Of a DNA stretch of 64,000 nucleotides, positions 1 to 8,482 are shown one piece after another. Position numbers and translations under genes: made by a program. Source of the DNA: Candidatus Omnitrophota bacterium (GTDB lineage: Bacteria > Omnitrophota > Gorgyraeia > Gygaellales > Profunditerraquicolaceae). The notes below the pieces were generated by a model. It had not been told where the DNA came from and ran no database searches. It saw only the letters and a program-made list of their open reading frames with translations. Within the stretch, counting starts at the first letter, position 1. The number at the start of each line of letters is the position of its first letter. Location of the stretch: the NCBI GenBank assembly GCA_026387455.1, contig JAPLLR010000014.1, positions 5,052-69,051 of the forward strand, written 5' to 3'.

Positions 1-1019
1 ATGGTATCAAGCGACTGACTGACAATCGCAGACAGGCTATCTTTAACTACTTTGTATCCGGGGTTGACATAACCGTTACGAATTATGTAGTAGTCACCTT
101 TTGCCTTTGTAGGGTCGATACCCATATCCCTGGCAACGTCCTCCTGCCCTTCAAGCACCTTATACAGCGTAAAAACCTGAGTTATCGTACCCCCGTCAAC
201 GTGCATCTCATCATAGGATATGCCACCGGCTTCCACCTTGATAAATACCGGCGGGAACATCATAGGAATTGCGGCTGATGCCAGAATGACTTTCCTAAAA
301 AGCTCAATATCTCCCCTGCAGGCAATAGCCCCCATATCCCATACCACAAATCTCTGGGCATCCAGATAGGTTGTCCCCACATAAAGCCTGCGTCCATGCC
401 TATGTTCATCAGCGATCTTTTTCAATATATCAGCTGTGACATACTTCTGGAGCTGTTTCTCAAGGGGCTTGTTGCTTGCAAAAGAGTCTCCGAACACAGC
501 CTTAAGGGGCCTCCTCATTTTCATTACATCTTTGGTGGACATGGTCGTATATATTTCTTCCACCATCCCATCGTAATCTTTGCCCAGGAATACTAGCGGC
601 GCTATAATGGCCCCTGTTGAGACTCCGGTAACCGCCTTGAATTTTGGCCGGGAACCTTCTTCGGACCAGCCTTTTAAAAGACCCGCGCCATAAGCGCCGT
701 TGGCTGCACCTCCGGAAATAGAAAGCATTGGATAGACCCGCTTGCCTTCGGAATTAACCGAATAATCATCCTTATTCTCCTCCAGAAAAGACTTTACGGC
801 GTTTTTCCTCAATTCAGAATCCTGCATGCCGGCCATGTAGCGTATCTCTGACATATTGCTTACCTGAGTCTTGCCAATCATATCAAATGGTACCGGATGC
901 CTTACTGTGGCGCAACCTACGCACGTAAATACCACGAGAGTAACCAACACAAAGTGTATCGGCTTTGCGCAAAATATGTTTGTTATGATAATTTTAAAAT
1001 TTGAGTTATTATCTAACAT
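1..1019 (-). CDS. patatin-like phospholipase with a lipoprotein-like N-terminus. It is partial: the 3' end runs past the window start.
   Basis: The minus-strand frame is open from the ATG at 1019 to position 1. The translation has a GGxxxG oxyanion motif (SISGGAANGAYGAG) and a GxSxG nucleophile motif (GVSTGA). The N-terminus is hydrophobic with a VFTCVGC lipobox-like sequence. It is not in the ORF track because it is truncated by the window edge. Confidence 0.6.
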   Translation of the reverse strand, partial: MLDNNSNFKIIITNIFCAKPIHFVLVTLVVFTCVGCATVRHPVPFDMIGKTQVSNMSEIRYMAGMQDSELRKNAVKSFLEENKDDYSVNSEGKRVYPMLSISGGAANGAYGAGLLKGWSEEGSRPKFKAVTGVSTGAIIAPLVFLGKDYDGMVEEIYTTMSTKDVMKMRRPLKAVFGDSFASNKPLEKQLQKYVTADILKKIADEHRHGRRLYVGTTYLDAQRFVVWDMGAIACRGDIELFRKVILASAAIPMMFPPVFIKVEAGGISYDEMHVDGGTITQVFTLYKVLEGQEDVARDMGIDPTKAKGDYYIIRNGYVNPGYKVVKDSLSAIVSQSLDT

Positions 1020-1438
1020 GTTTCCCTTTCCCCATTTCCAGCACCATAAAAGTAGGTTGCTTATAAATAGTATTCTATCACAAATCCCAAATTAGGTCTA
1101 AAATTAACGCTGACGAAACAGAAATATGGCCTATCCCTAGTTAATGGCTATAACCTTGACCTTAATAACGCAGAAATAGCTCAATAAAGCCCTAAATTGG
1201 AAGTTGTAAACTAAATGCCGATTTAGAGATAAAGAGATAAGAAAGGAGGCATCGAATCCTAAACGGCGGGTGGTCCCTGCAGCAAAGCGCTGTGTTGCCA
1301 CTCACCTAAATGAAGACTCCGGCATCAATTCGCTGCGCAGTTTTCTTTGAAAACTGCTTGCAGATGCCGGAGTTAATTCACGCATTGACTTACGTCACTA
1401 TAAGTAAGACTAGACTCCGTAAGTCAAGCGTTCATTAA

Positions 1439-1509
1439 TTGCCCCGCATGGATTCGAACCATGATAGTCAGATCCAGAATCTGAAGTCCTACCATTAGAC
1501 GACAGGGCA
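1439..1509 (-). tRNA. tRNA-Gln (anticodon CTG)
   Basis: Hand-folded cloverleaf. The acceptor stem is TGCCCTG/CGGGGCA, the T-arm is CATGG-TTCGAAT-CCATG, and the anticodon loop TTCTGGA carries CTG. Confidence 0.8.
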
Positions 1510-1584
1510 GATGGTTGTCTTGTGATTGACAGCGGTTAAATTATAGCTCGGTGAGAAGATTCTTGCAACAGAAATAAAGATCCT

Positions 1585-1619
1585 CAATAAAAAGGGCTCA
1601 AGCGGTTAAATCCAGCCCC
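1585..1619 (-). terminator. intrinsic terminator, copy A of a conserved terminator family
   Basis: On the minus strand the hairpin GGGCUGGAUUUAACCGCUUGAGCCC is followed by UUUUUAUU. It lies downstream of the 1695..2255 gene. Confidence 0.5.
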
Positions 1620-1694
1620 TGTGGGAGAGTAAAAATGCTCAATCAAAACAACAATAGACGATTTTTTATATATTAGAGTTGTCCTGGTTAAATC

Positions 1695-2255
1695 TTAAAA
1701 GAATTTTAATGAATCTACAATGCTCTCAAAATCCTGTTTTGATGCGGTAAATAATTCATTTGGTGCGTTTGAAGAAATCATTAGCATGATTTTGTTTGTA
1801 AAAATGATTGCATAATGATGGGTATATTCTTTCTGTTTAAAAATCATTATTCCATATATTAACCCATCTTTACTGTAGTCTCTTTTACTAAGAACCTCTA
1901 TCCCGCCAATAATTCCCAATTGCTTATAATTCTCCAATATCTCATCCATAGCGCTATTGATTGTTTGATTAGGAATTATTGGGGAGATGAATACTGCAGT
2001 AGATGCACCAGATTTACTGCTACAAAAAACATCTGCTCCTGTGGATGTAACTGAAGGATCATCTCTTTTAATACTATCCCATTCACCAGGGAATGTTATT
2101 TCGTATCCCCATTTATTGTTCGTCCACTTCTTAGGATTTGTAGAATCCATCTGAGCAGTAAAATCCCTACCTGTTTCAAAGCCTTTCTGATTTGAAAAAT
2201 AACCAACGACTAAACTTACAAAAATTAAGATTAAAATCCAATACCAATTCTTCAT
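1695..2255 (-). CDS. hypothetical membrane-anchored protein (N-terminal TM helix)
   Basis: A 186-aa ORF with a hydrophobic N-terminus (WYWILILIFVSLVVGYF). No recognisable catalytic motifs. Confidence 0.5.
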   Translation of the reverse strand: MKNWYWILILIFVSLVVGYFSNQKGFETGRDFTAQMDSTNPKKWTNNKWGYEITFPGEWDSIKRDDPSVTSTGADVFCSSKSGASTAVFISPIIPNQTINSAMDEILENYKQLGIIGGIEVLSKRDYSKDGLIYGIMIFKQKEYTHHYAIIFTNKIMLMISSNAPNELFTASKQDFESIVDSLKFF

Positions 2256-2267
2256 ACTACCTCCTTT

Positions 2268-2651
2268 TTACTTTGGAGTAGATGAAAACTGCTTGTTTAA
2301 TTCTGCGAATGGCTCTGTTATATCAAAATACAAAATAATTATTTCTTTTGATGGCAATACTTCAACAATCATCTCATCATAAGCCTTACCTTCTTTGTCT
2401 TTCAAGCTCTGCTTTACAAGATTCCAATTTTTACCTCCAGTTCCAAACTTAGTTTCTAAATACTGATATTCCTGCTCTATACTTTTATAGTAATCGCCTA
2501 TATATTTTATAATTATTGCTTTCTCAAAACTGCTACCATCCCTACTTGCAGAAACTGCTTGAACATCTTCTTGACTTGATGGTTCTGCGGCAAATAGAGC
2601 AATAGGAAACAATAAAAGAATAATACAGGCTAAGACTGGCTTTAGTTTCAT
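2268..2651 (-). CDS. hypothetical secreted protein with a signal peptide. The start is trimmed to the ATG at 2651.
   Basis: The ORF track gives 2268..2705. The internal ATG at 2651 is preceded by AAGGAGGTG and begins MKLKPVLACIILLLFPIALFAAEP, which reads as a signal peptide. Confidence 0.5.
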   Translation of the reverse strand: MKLKPVLACIILLLFPIALFAAEPSSQEDVQAVSASRDGSSFEKAIIIKYIGDYYKSIEQEYQYLETKFGTGGKNWNLVKQSLKDKEGKAYDEMIVEVLPSKEIIILYFDITEPFAELNKQFSSTPK

Positions 2652-2703
2652 CTGACACCTCCTTTTCTGTTGATATTCTATCACAAATTCTAAAATTGGG
2701 AGC

Positions 2704-2737
2704 AAACAAAAAGGGCTGAACGATTAAGTCCAACCCT
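2704..2737 (-). terminator. intrinsic terminator, copy B. It appears to terminate the candidate ncRNA.
   Basis: The minus-strand hairpin GGGUUGGACUUAAUCGUUCAGCCC is followed by UUUUUGUUUG. The stem carries a compensatory G-U/U-A change relative to the other copies. Confidence 0.45.
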
Positions 2738-3058
2738 TGAAAAATGGTTCACCACACAGAATCCCAAACCTTTCGAAAGGAAAATGGGTTGCAAATTACT
2801 ATAGCTGCCAAGCTGTTAGCTAACTCGTTAACTTGAAACGACAACTGGCTGCCATTCCCTTTCGGGAGTAGACCCTATAGCTTTGCGATGTCCAGCGGTC
2901 AATTCAGAACATAGTCCTAAACACCTAATTTATACATCAGTGCCTAGGGCCTCCCATCCTTTCGGAAGGTTTGATATTATATATAACCTCTAAGCAAGTA
3001 TGACATATTTTAAGATAAGAATCAAGATAGGGGGGCTAAATTAACGTGTGCAAACGAT
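2738..3058 (-). ncRNA. candidate structured non-coding RNA of unknown family
   Basis: A roughly 320-nt non-coding gap lies between terminator copy C (the end of the TPR gene) and terminator copy B. The minus-strand RNA contains three GNRA-like hairpins: ccuuccGAAAggaugg, cucccGAAAggga and cuuucGAAAgg. It has no ORF of 60 aa or more. Confidence 0.3.
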
Positions 3059-3060
3059 AG

Positions 3061-3095
3061 AACAAAAAAGGGCTCAAACGGTTAAATCCCGCCCA
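3061..3095 (-). terminator. intrinsic terminator, copy C
   Basis: The minus-strand hairpin GGGCGGGAUUUAACCGUUUGAGCCC is followed by UUUUUU, immediately after the stop of the 3119..5260 gene. Confidence 0.55.
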
Positions 3096-3118
3096 TTAAG
3101 AACATAGAAAATATTAGT

Positions 3119-5260
3119 CTATTTATCTCTACCTGATGCTTTCTTTAGATTTGCAAGAGATTCGGGATAAATAGTAAACCCTAATGATTCCGCCTTATGC
3201 ACATCTGTCCAAGCCTTATCAAATTCTTTTGCATCATAATAGGCAAGCCCGCGGTTATTATAGACATCTGCAAGATTAGGGTTTATTTCAATGGCTTTGT
3301 TATAGTCAGAGATGGCTTGAGCTAAGTTACCTTGCGCTTTATAAGCAACACCACGATTACTATAAAATTCTGCATCGTTAGGATTTAATTCAATGGCTTT
3401 ATTATAATCAGAGATGGCTTTAATGAAGTTACTTTGTTTGTAATAAGCATGCCCGAGGTTGTTATAGGCTCCTGCAAAGTTAGGATTTACTTCAATGGCC
3501 TTAGTAAAGTCAGAGATTGCTTGAGTGAAATTGCCTTGTTTACCGCAGACAACCCCACGGTCGTTATAAACTACTGCCTCGTAAGGGTTGATTTCAATAG
3601 CCTTGGTATAATCTAAGATGGCTTGAGGCAAATTACCTTGGTTAGCATAGGTGCCCCCACGGTTAAAATAAACAAATCTAAGATTAGGATTTATTTCAAT
3701 GACCTTATTATAGTCAGAGATCGCTTGGGTGAAGTTGCCTTGGTTATCATAGGCAAGCCCACGATTGCAATAAGCCTCTGCATAATTAGGATTTATTTCA
3801 ATGGCCTTAGTATAGTCAGAGATGGCTTGAGGCAAATTGCTTTGCTGGTGATAGACAAGCCCACGGTTATAATAGACATTTGAATATTTAGGATTTATTT
3901 CAACAGCCTTAGTAAAATCAGAGATGGCTTGGGTGAAATTTCCTTTATGGGCGTAGGCAACCCCACGGTTGCTGTAGGAAGCTGGGGCCTTGGGTGATTT
4001 ATACACTACATCATTCCATAGGATAAGCTCATCTTTCCAAATAAGGTTTCTCTTGTAGGTAAGAACCGCATAGCAGGAAATTATGATGAGTAATGCTATA
4101 ACCATTGACTTAAGAGATTTATTCTCAAAAAGATAATATATGAGACTCACCAGGAAAAGGCTAAAACCGACCATTGGCAGATAAAGCCTGTGTTCAAAAA
4201 TCACGCTTCTGATCGGAATAACGCTTGACTCAGGTAAAAGTGTCAAGAAAAACCAGAAGATGCCAAATGAAATTAAGCTATATTTAGCAAATAGCCTGGC
4301 TGCGATAGCCAAGATTGAACCTAAAAGAATAAAGCTGGCTAGAATAGGTAACTCCAATAAGCTTTTGGCAATTGGATAGTCATAGAGAAAATTTTGGTTT
4401 ATTGGTATAAAAAGAAGCCTTAGGTAGGTAACTATAATCCTAAGCTGGGTAAGAAGATAATGCCAGGAGGAAATGTTAGGTGATTCCCCCAAGATCCTTC
4501 GCATTCCTATAAGATCTACGGATTTAGTCAAATACATGGTAAGGGGGATAATCAATAAGGCTAGGAAAAAAGGCAAAAGACTTTTCCAGTTAAGTCTTTC
4601 CTTGGTCTTCAAGAAGCAGATTTCATAAAGTAAAATCATAAAGGGCAGGGTTATAGTCATCTCCTTACTAAACATATCTAAAACTAAAGCTATCAATGAA
4701 CCGCAATAGAAGAGCCTTGAAGCTAGCGAACCTTGCCCCTTCTGTTCTAATAGCCTTGATTTGACATAGAGGCTAAGTGATACCAAGTAAAACAAGGCTG
4801 CCAGAGAAGTTGTTCTCTGGATGATGTAAGTCACTGCCTGGGTTTGAATGGGATGTGTTAGAAAGACTAAGCTAACAAATAAAGCAATAAGCCTAGAGTA
4901 TCTGGTAATCTTCTCACCATTTATTTTAGGCGTAGAGAAGGTAAGCAGGATAAGCCAATAGACTAAGATGGTTGAACCTATGTGGACAGTCAAGTTAAAG
5001 AGATGATAGCCTAATACTTTAAGCTGATAAAAGTGATAGTTAAGAGCAATAGAAAGATAAGTAATAAAGCGGGTAGGCCAGAAATTCCAAATAGCTTTTA
5101 GATTCTGGATATTTCTTATAGCTAGATTATCCACGATTGAACTGGTGTCGTCAAAATGGAAAGGACTATAGAAGGTGTTGGAATATATAAGTATGCCTAA
5201 TAAGAGCAGTGTGCTTATAACCAATAATTTATACTTATGATTAAAGATTCTAACTATCAT
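3119..5260 (-). CDS. multi-pass membrane protein with a C-terminal TPR array. It resembles TMTC/PMT-like GT-C glycosyltransferases.
   Basis: 713 aa. The N-terminal roughly 430 aa are polytopic and contain a FHFDD motif in the first loop. The C-terminus has eight 34-aa TPR units (AISDYNKAIEINPNxAxAYxNRGxAY). The TMTC assignment comes from motif memory, not from a search. Confidence 0.6.
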   Translation of the reverse strand: MIVRIFNHKYKLLVISTLLLLGILIYSNTFYSPFHFDDTSSIVDNLAIRNIQNLKAIWNFWPTRFITYLSIALNYHFYQLKVLGYHLFNLTVHIGSTILVYWLILLTFSTPKINGEKITRYSRLIALFVSLVFLTHPIQTQAVTYIIQRTTSLAALFYLVSLSLYVKSRLLEQKGQGSLASRLFYCGSLIALVLDMFSKEMTITLPFMILLYEICFLKTKERLNWKSLLPFFLALLIIPLTMYLTKSVDLIGMRRILGESPNISSWHYLLTQLRIIVTYLRLLFIPINQNFLYDYPIAKSLLELPILASFILLGSILAIAARLFAKYSLISFGIFWFFLTLLPESSVIPIRSVIFEHRLYLPMVGFSLFLVSLIYYLFENKSLKSMVIALLIIISCYAVLTYKRNLIWKDELILWNDVVYKSPKAPASYSNRGVAYAHKGNFTQAISDFTKAVEINPKYSNVYYNRGLVYHQQSNLPQAISDYTKAIEINPNYAEAYCNRGLAYDNQGNFTQAISDYNKVIEINPNLRFVYFNRGGTYANQGNLPQAILDYTKAIEINPYEAVVYNDRGVVCGKQGNFTQAISDFTKAIEVNPNFAGAYNNLGHAYYKQSNFIKAISDYNKAIELNPNDAEFYSNRGVAYKAQGNLAQAISDYNKAIEINPNLADVYNNRGLAYYDAKEFDKAWTDVHKAESLGFTIYPESLANLKKASGRDK
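3160..3952 (-). repeat. intragenic 102-bp tandem repeats encoding the TPR units
   Basis: A near-periodic DNA repeat is visible, for example attagatttatttcaatggccttagtaaagtcagagat... Confidence 0.6.
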
Positions 5261-5360
5261 AATGATTTAGAATATAAAACTTACAGATTAACCCTCCTCA
5301 ATATATTCTATCACAGAGGGTTGATAATTCAAATTCCAAAAATTGTGAGTAATTTGAGAT

Positions 5361-5395
5361 AAATAGAAAGGGCTCAAACGGTTAAGTCCAGCCCT
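5361..5395 (-). terminator. intrinsic terminator, copy D
   Basis: The minus-strand hairpin GGGCUGGACUUAACCGUUUGAGCCC is followed by UUUCUAUUU, downstream of the 5429..5899 gene. Confidence 0.45.
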
Positions 5396-5428
5396 ATGAG
5401 GTACAAGAAAAATTTATTCCAGGAATTA

Positions 5429-5899
5429 TTAAAAGAAAAGTAGCTTTTTCTTAGGGGGGTCTTTTGGCACTGTAGTAGGGGGTGCCTCTGCCTGAGGCTT
5501 TGGCGCCGGAGCGCTCTGCTTAGCCTTGAGCGTCTCGTTCTCTTTGGTTAAAGCGGTGTTTTCTGTTTTTAGCTGCTCAAGCTTCCACTGAGCATCCTTT
5601 AAATCCGCTTCCATGGCGGCAGACCTTTCTTCGCCTGTCTTAAGCTTATTTTCCAGGTCCGTCTTTAGCTGAGTAAAATTCTGCTGCATCTCTTTATTGG
5701 CTTCCAAGTCCCTCTTAAGCCCATCATTTTCTCCGGTCAGCTTCTGGTTCTCTTCCTCCACCACATCTATCTGAAACTGCTTTTCGTTAAGCTGCTGCAA
5801 AAGCCCAACTTTCTGCTTAAGCAAAACAGCACTTAGCGTCACGCAAGCGATAGCGATAACAACCAACCCGATGTTTAAAATTGCTTTAAAGTTCTTCAT
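5429..5899 (-). CDS. membrane-anchored coiled-coil protein, possibly a DivIC/FtsB-like or lipoprotein
   Basis: 156 aa with an N-terminal TM helix, a long heptad-like Q/E/K/L-rich segment and a Pro-rich C-terminus. Confidence 0.5.
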   Translation of the reverse strand: MKNFKAILNIGLVVIAIACVTLSAVLLKQKVGLLQQLNEKQFQIDVVEEENQKLTGENDGLKRDLEANKEMQQNFTQLKTDLENKLKTGEERSAAMEADLKDAQWKLEQLKTENTALTKENETLKAKQSAPAPKPQAEAPPTTVPKDPPKKKLLFF

Positions 5900-5934
5900 T
5901 ATAGGATTTCCCTCTTGTAAGTATACATTTTATA

Positions 5935-7230
5935 TTATCTAATCCACTTTTGCAATCTTTCTTTAGAGCGCTCCTTACCCAAGTGATAGATCACCTCGAA
6001 TAAGCCCGGACCGATGGTTTTGCCGGTCAAAGCCACTCTTATAGGATGGATCAACACCTTTGCCTCTAAACCCAGCTCCGCCATCATATCGCGGAAACAT
6101 TTCTCAATATTCTCGACAGTAAAATCCTGCAACGCGTCCAAACGCTGGACAAATAAAGCGAATTCTTTGGAGAAATCTTTGGAAAGACATTTGGCCTGCG
6201 CGACCGGGTCCATTTTTACTTCTTTCAGAAAGAAAAAATCCGCCCAGTCCACGAAATCATTGACATGCGCCAAACGGGGCTGGAATAATTTCACCAAAGA
6301 CAAAACATACCCGCGGTCAAAATTGTCTTTATCAATACACTTTGCCTCGATCAGCATCGGGATAATATCATCGGTCAGCTTTTCTGAATCAGCGCTCTTT
6401 AAATACTGATTATTCATCCAGTCTAGCTTCTTTAGGTCAAAAGTGGCTGCAGTTTTGTTTACGTCAGTGATATCGAATAGTTTGATCGCCTCATTGATAT
6501 CGATGACTTCCCGGTCTTCTCCCGGAGCCCAGCTTAAAAGCAACAGATAATTCACCAGCGCCTCAGGTAAATAGCCCATCTTACGATAATCCGAAATTGC
6601 AGTAGCCCCCGTCCTTTTGGACAGCCTTCCCCCCTCCATACCCATAATAAGTGGCAGGTGCGCAAAAGCCGGCAGAGGCAGGCCAAGTGCTTCATATAAA
6701 AGGATCTGCTTCGGAGTGTTAGAAATATGATCGTCGCCGCGGATAACGTGGGTAATATTCATCAGCGCATCATCCACTACACAGGCGAAATTATAGGTTG
6801 GAGTGCCGTCAGACTTCATCAATACCTGATCCTTGATATTCTCAGCGTCAAACTCAATATCCCCGCGAATCAGATCCTTAATCTTTATTTTCTGAGGCAT
6901 GACTTTAAAAATTATAGCCTCTCCCGGTTTATCCGGAAGCTTTTCGGTATAGGCCTTGCCTTCTTTTAATAGTTTCTGGGCATATTCGCGGTAGATATCA
7001 AAACGCTTGCTTTGATAGTATATCTCATCCCACTTAAACCCAAGCCAAGTAAGGCTGCCCAGGATCTCATCCACAAACTCTTTCTTTGAGCGCTCTTTAT
7101 CCGTATCTTCTATACGCAAAATGAACTTTCCGTCCTTGGCCCGAATGTAAAGCCAGTTAAAAAGCGCGGTGCGCCCACCTCCGATATGCAAATTTCCCGT
7201 AGGTGATGGGGCGAAGCGAACCCTGATCAT
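5935..7230 (-). CDS. gltX: glutamate--tRNA ligase
   Basis: The HIGG motif (NLHIGGGRTA), a KMSKS-like RLSKR motif and the class I fold layout are present. 431 aa. Confidence 0.85.
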   Translation of the reverse strand: MIRVRFAPSPTGNLHIGGGRTALFNWLYIRAKDGKFILRIEDTDKERSKKEFVDEILGSLTWLGFKWDEIYYQSKRFDIYREYAQKLLKEGKAYTEKLPDKPGEAIIFKVMPQKIKIKDLIRGDIEFDAENIKDQVLMKSDGTPTYNFACVVDDALMNITHVIRGDDHISNTPKQILLYEALGLPLPAFAHLPLIMGMEGGRLSKRTGATAISDYRKMGYLPEALVNYLLLLSWAPGEDREVIDINEAIKLFDITDVNKTAATFDLKKLDWMNNQYLKSADSEKLTDDIIPMLIEAKCIDKDNFDRGYVLSLVKLFQPRLAHVNDFVDWADFFFLKEVKMDPVAQAKCLSKDFSKEFALFVQRLDALQDFTVENIEKCFRDMMAELGLEAKVLIHPIRVALTGKTIGPGLFEVIYHLGKERSKERLQKWIR

Positions 7231-7757
7231 TTTAATTTTATCCCTTCCTCTAAAGCTTTTGTATTTATCTCAATAAGCTCTTTTTTGCCTTGCGGTGCCA
7301 TGTCTTCAAAGACCTTCAGCACTGTATTCGGGTTTACGATTTTTTTCTGGGCTAAATACGCGCCCAATGCCACCATGTTGGCTACTTTAATATTTCCGAG
7401 TTTGAGGGCGATATCGGTAAAAGCGTGGTGCAAAACTTTTAATTTGGCTTGCGCATACCGGGAAGCCAAAGAGCTATTGCTGATCAATAAGCCTTTAGCG
7501 CTAATGCGACTCTTGAAACGCTCCAGTGACGGAGCGTTCATGATTATCAATGTATCTGCAATATCAATAAAAGGAGAACCTATCTCGGTATCTGATATGA
7601 TTACCATACAATATGCAGTGCCTCCGCGCACCTCCGCCCCATAAGCGGGAAGCCAGGTGACAGACTTACTTTCACGCATCGCCGCATCGGCAAGCACCTT
7701 GCCTAAAAGCATTACGCCTTGACCACCAGCTCCGGAGATAATTATTTTCTCAGTCAT
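7227..7757 (-). CDS. 2-oxoacid:ferredoxin oxidoreductase, gamma subunit
   Basis: 176 aa. Its position and sequence are typical of the Por/Kor gamma subunit (GAGGQG motif). Confidence 0.75.
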   Translation of the reverse strand: MTEKIIISGAGGQGVMLLGKVLADAAMRESKSVTWLPAYGAEVRGGTAYCMVIISDTEIGSPFIDIADTLIIMNAPSLERFKSRISAKGLLISNSSLASRYAQAKLKVLHHAFTDIALKLGNIKVANMVALGAYLAQKKIVNPNTVLKVFEDMAPQGKKELIEINTKALEEGIKLK

Positions 7758-8482
7758 TTTATTCTTCCTAAAGGAAATTCTTTAGCCATCACATCCCTGA
7801 TCCACTCCAGCGATTGTTTCGGACTAAGACCCCAGTAAGTCGGACAAGGGGATAAAATCTCAACCAACGAAAATCCCGCGCCGTCTATTTGATTCTGGAA
7901 CGCTTGTTTGATGGCTCTTTTAGTCTTAAGTATCTCCTGTGGACTAGATAATGAGGTCCGCTCGATATATTTGACCCCAGCAAGATACGCCAGCATTTCG
8001 GAAATCTTTAAAGGATAGCCGTGAGTCTTGATATCCCTACCGGCAATAGTGGTCGCGGTCCTCTGACCCACCAATGTTGTGGGCGCCATCTGGCCGCCGG
8101 TCATTCCGTAAACCGCGTTATTGATAAAAACTACAGTGAGATTTTCCCCACGATTAGCCGCGTGAATGGTTTCATTAGTACCAATAGCCGCAAGGTCTCC
8201 GTCACCCTGATAAGTAAAAACGATATTCTGTGGCCGCGCTCTCTTAATAGCTGTAGCTACTGCCAGGGCCCGTCCGTGCGCTGCCTCTGAACAATCAAAA
8301 TTCCAGTAATCATAAGCTATTACCGCGCATCCCACAGGCGCAATAGCAATAATCTTCTCCCTAATGCCCAGCTCATCAATCACCTCTGCTACAAGACGAT
8401 GGGCAATGCCATGTCCGCAGCCAGGACAGTAGTGGGTGGAGACATCTCGTAATGACTTAGGGCGAGTGAAAATATTATCCAC
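7754..8482 (-). CDS. 2-oxoacid:ferredoxin oxidoreductase, beta subunit (TPP-binding)
   Basis: The N-terminus has the CPGCGH motif and a GDG TPP-binding motif (YQGDGDLAAIG). Confidence 0.8.
   Translation of the reverse strand: MDNIFTRPKSLRDVSTHYCPGCGHGIAHRLVAEVIDELGIREKIIAIAPVGCAVIAYDYWNFDCSEAAHGRALAVATAIKRARPQNIVFTYQGDGDLAAIGTNETIHAANRGENLTVVFINNAVYGMTGGQMAPTTLVGQRTATTIAGRDIKTHGYPLKISEMLAYLAGVKYIERTSLSSPQEILKTKRAIKQAFQNQIDGAGFSLVEILSPCPTYWGLSPKQSLEWIRDVMAKEFPLGRIK

Noticed and set aside
396-1095. Plus-strand ORFs 396..596 and 871..1095
   Set aside because: They lie antisense to or upstream of the patatin-like gene, which has clear catalytic motifs. They have no supporting features.
1100-1440. 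Searched for tmRNA, RNase P RNA or SRP RNA next to tRNA-Gln
   Set aside because: There is no extra tRNA-like T-arm (GGTTCGAATCC) outside the five tRNAs, no ALAA-type tag reading frame, and no GGAAAGUCCGG P4 or GGAAGCAGC SRP motif.
3160-3952. Periodic 102-bp DNA repeats considered as a CRISPR-like array
   Set aside because: The repeats are in frame inside a long ORF and encode canonical 34-aa TPR units. There are no repeat and unique-spacer alternation and no cas genes.
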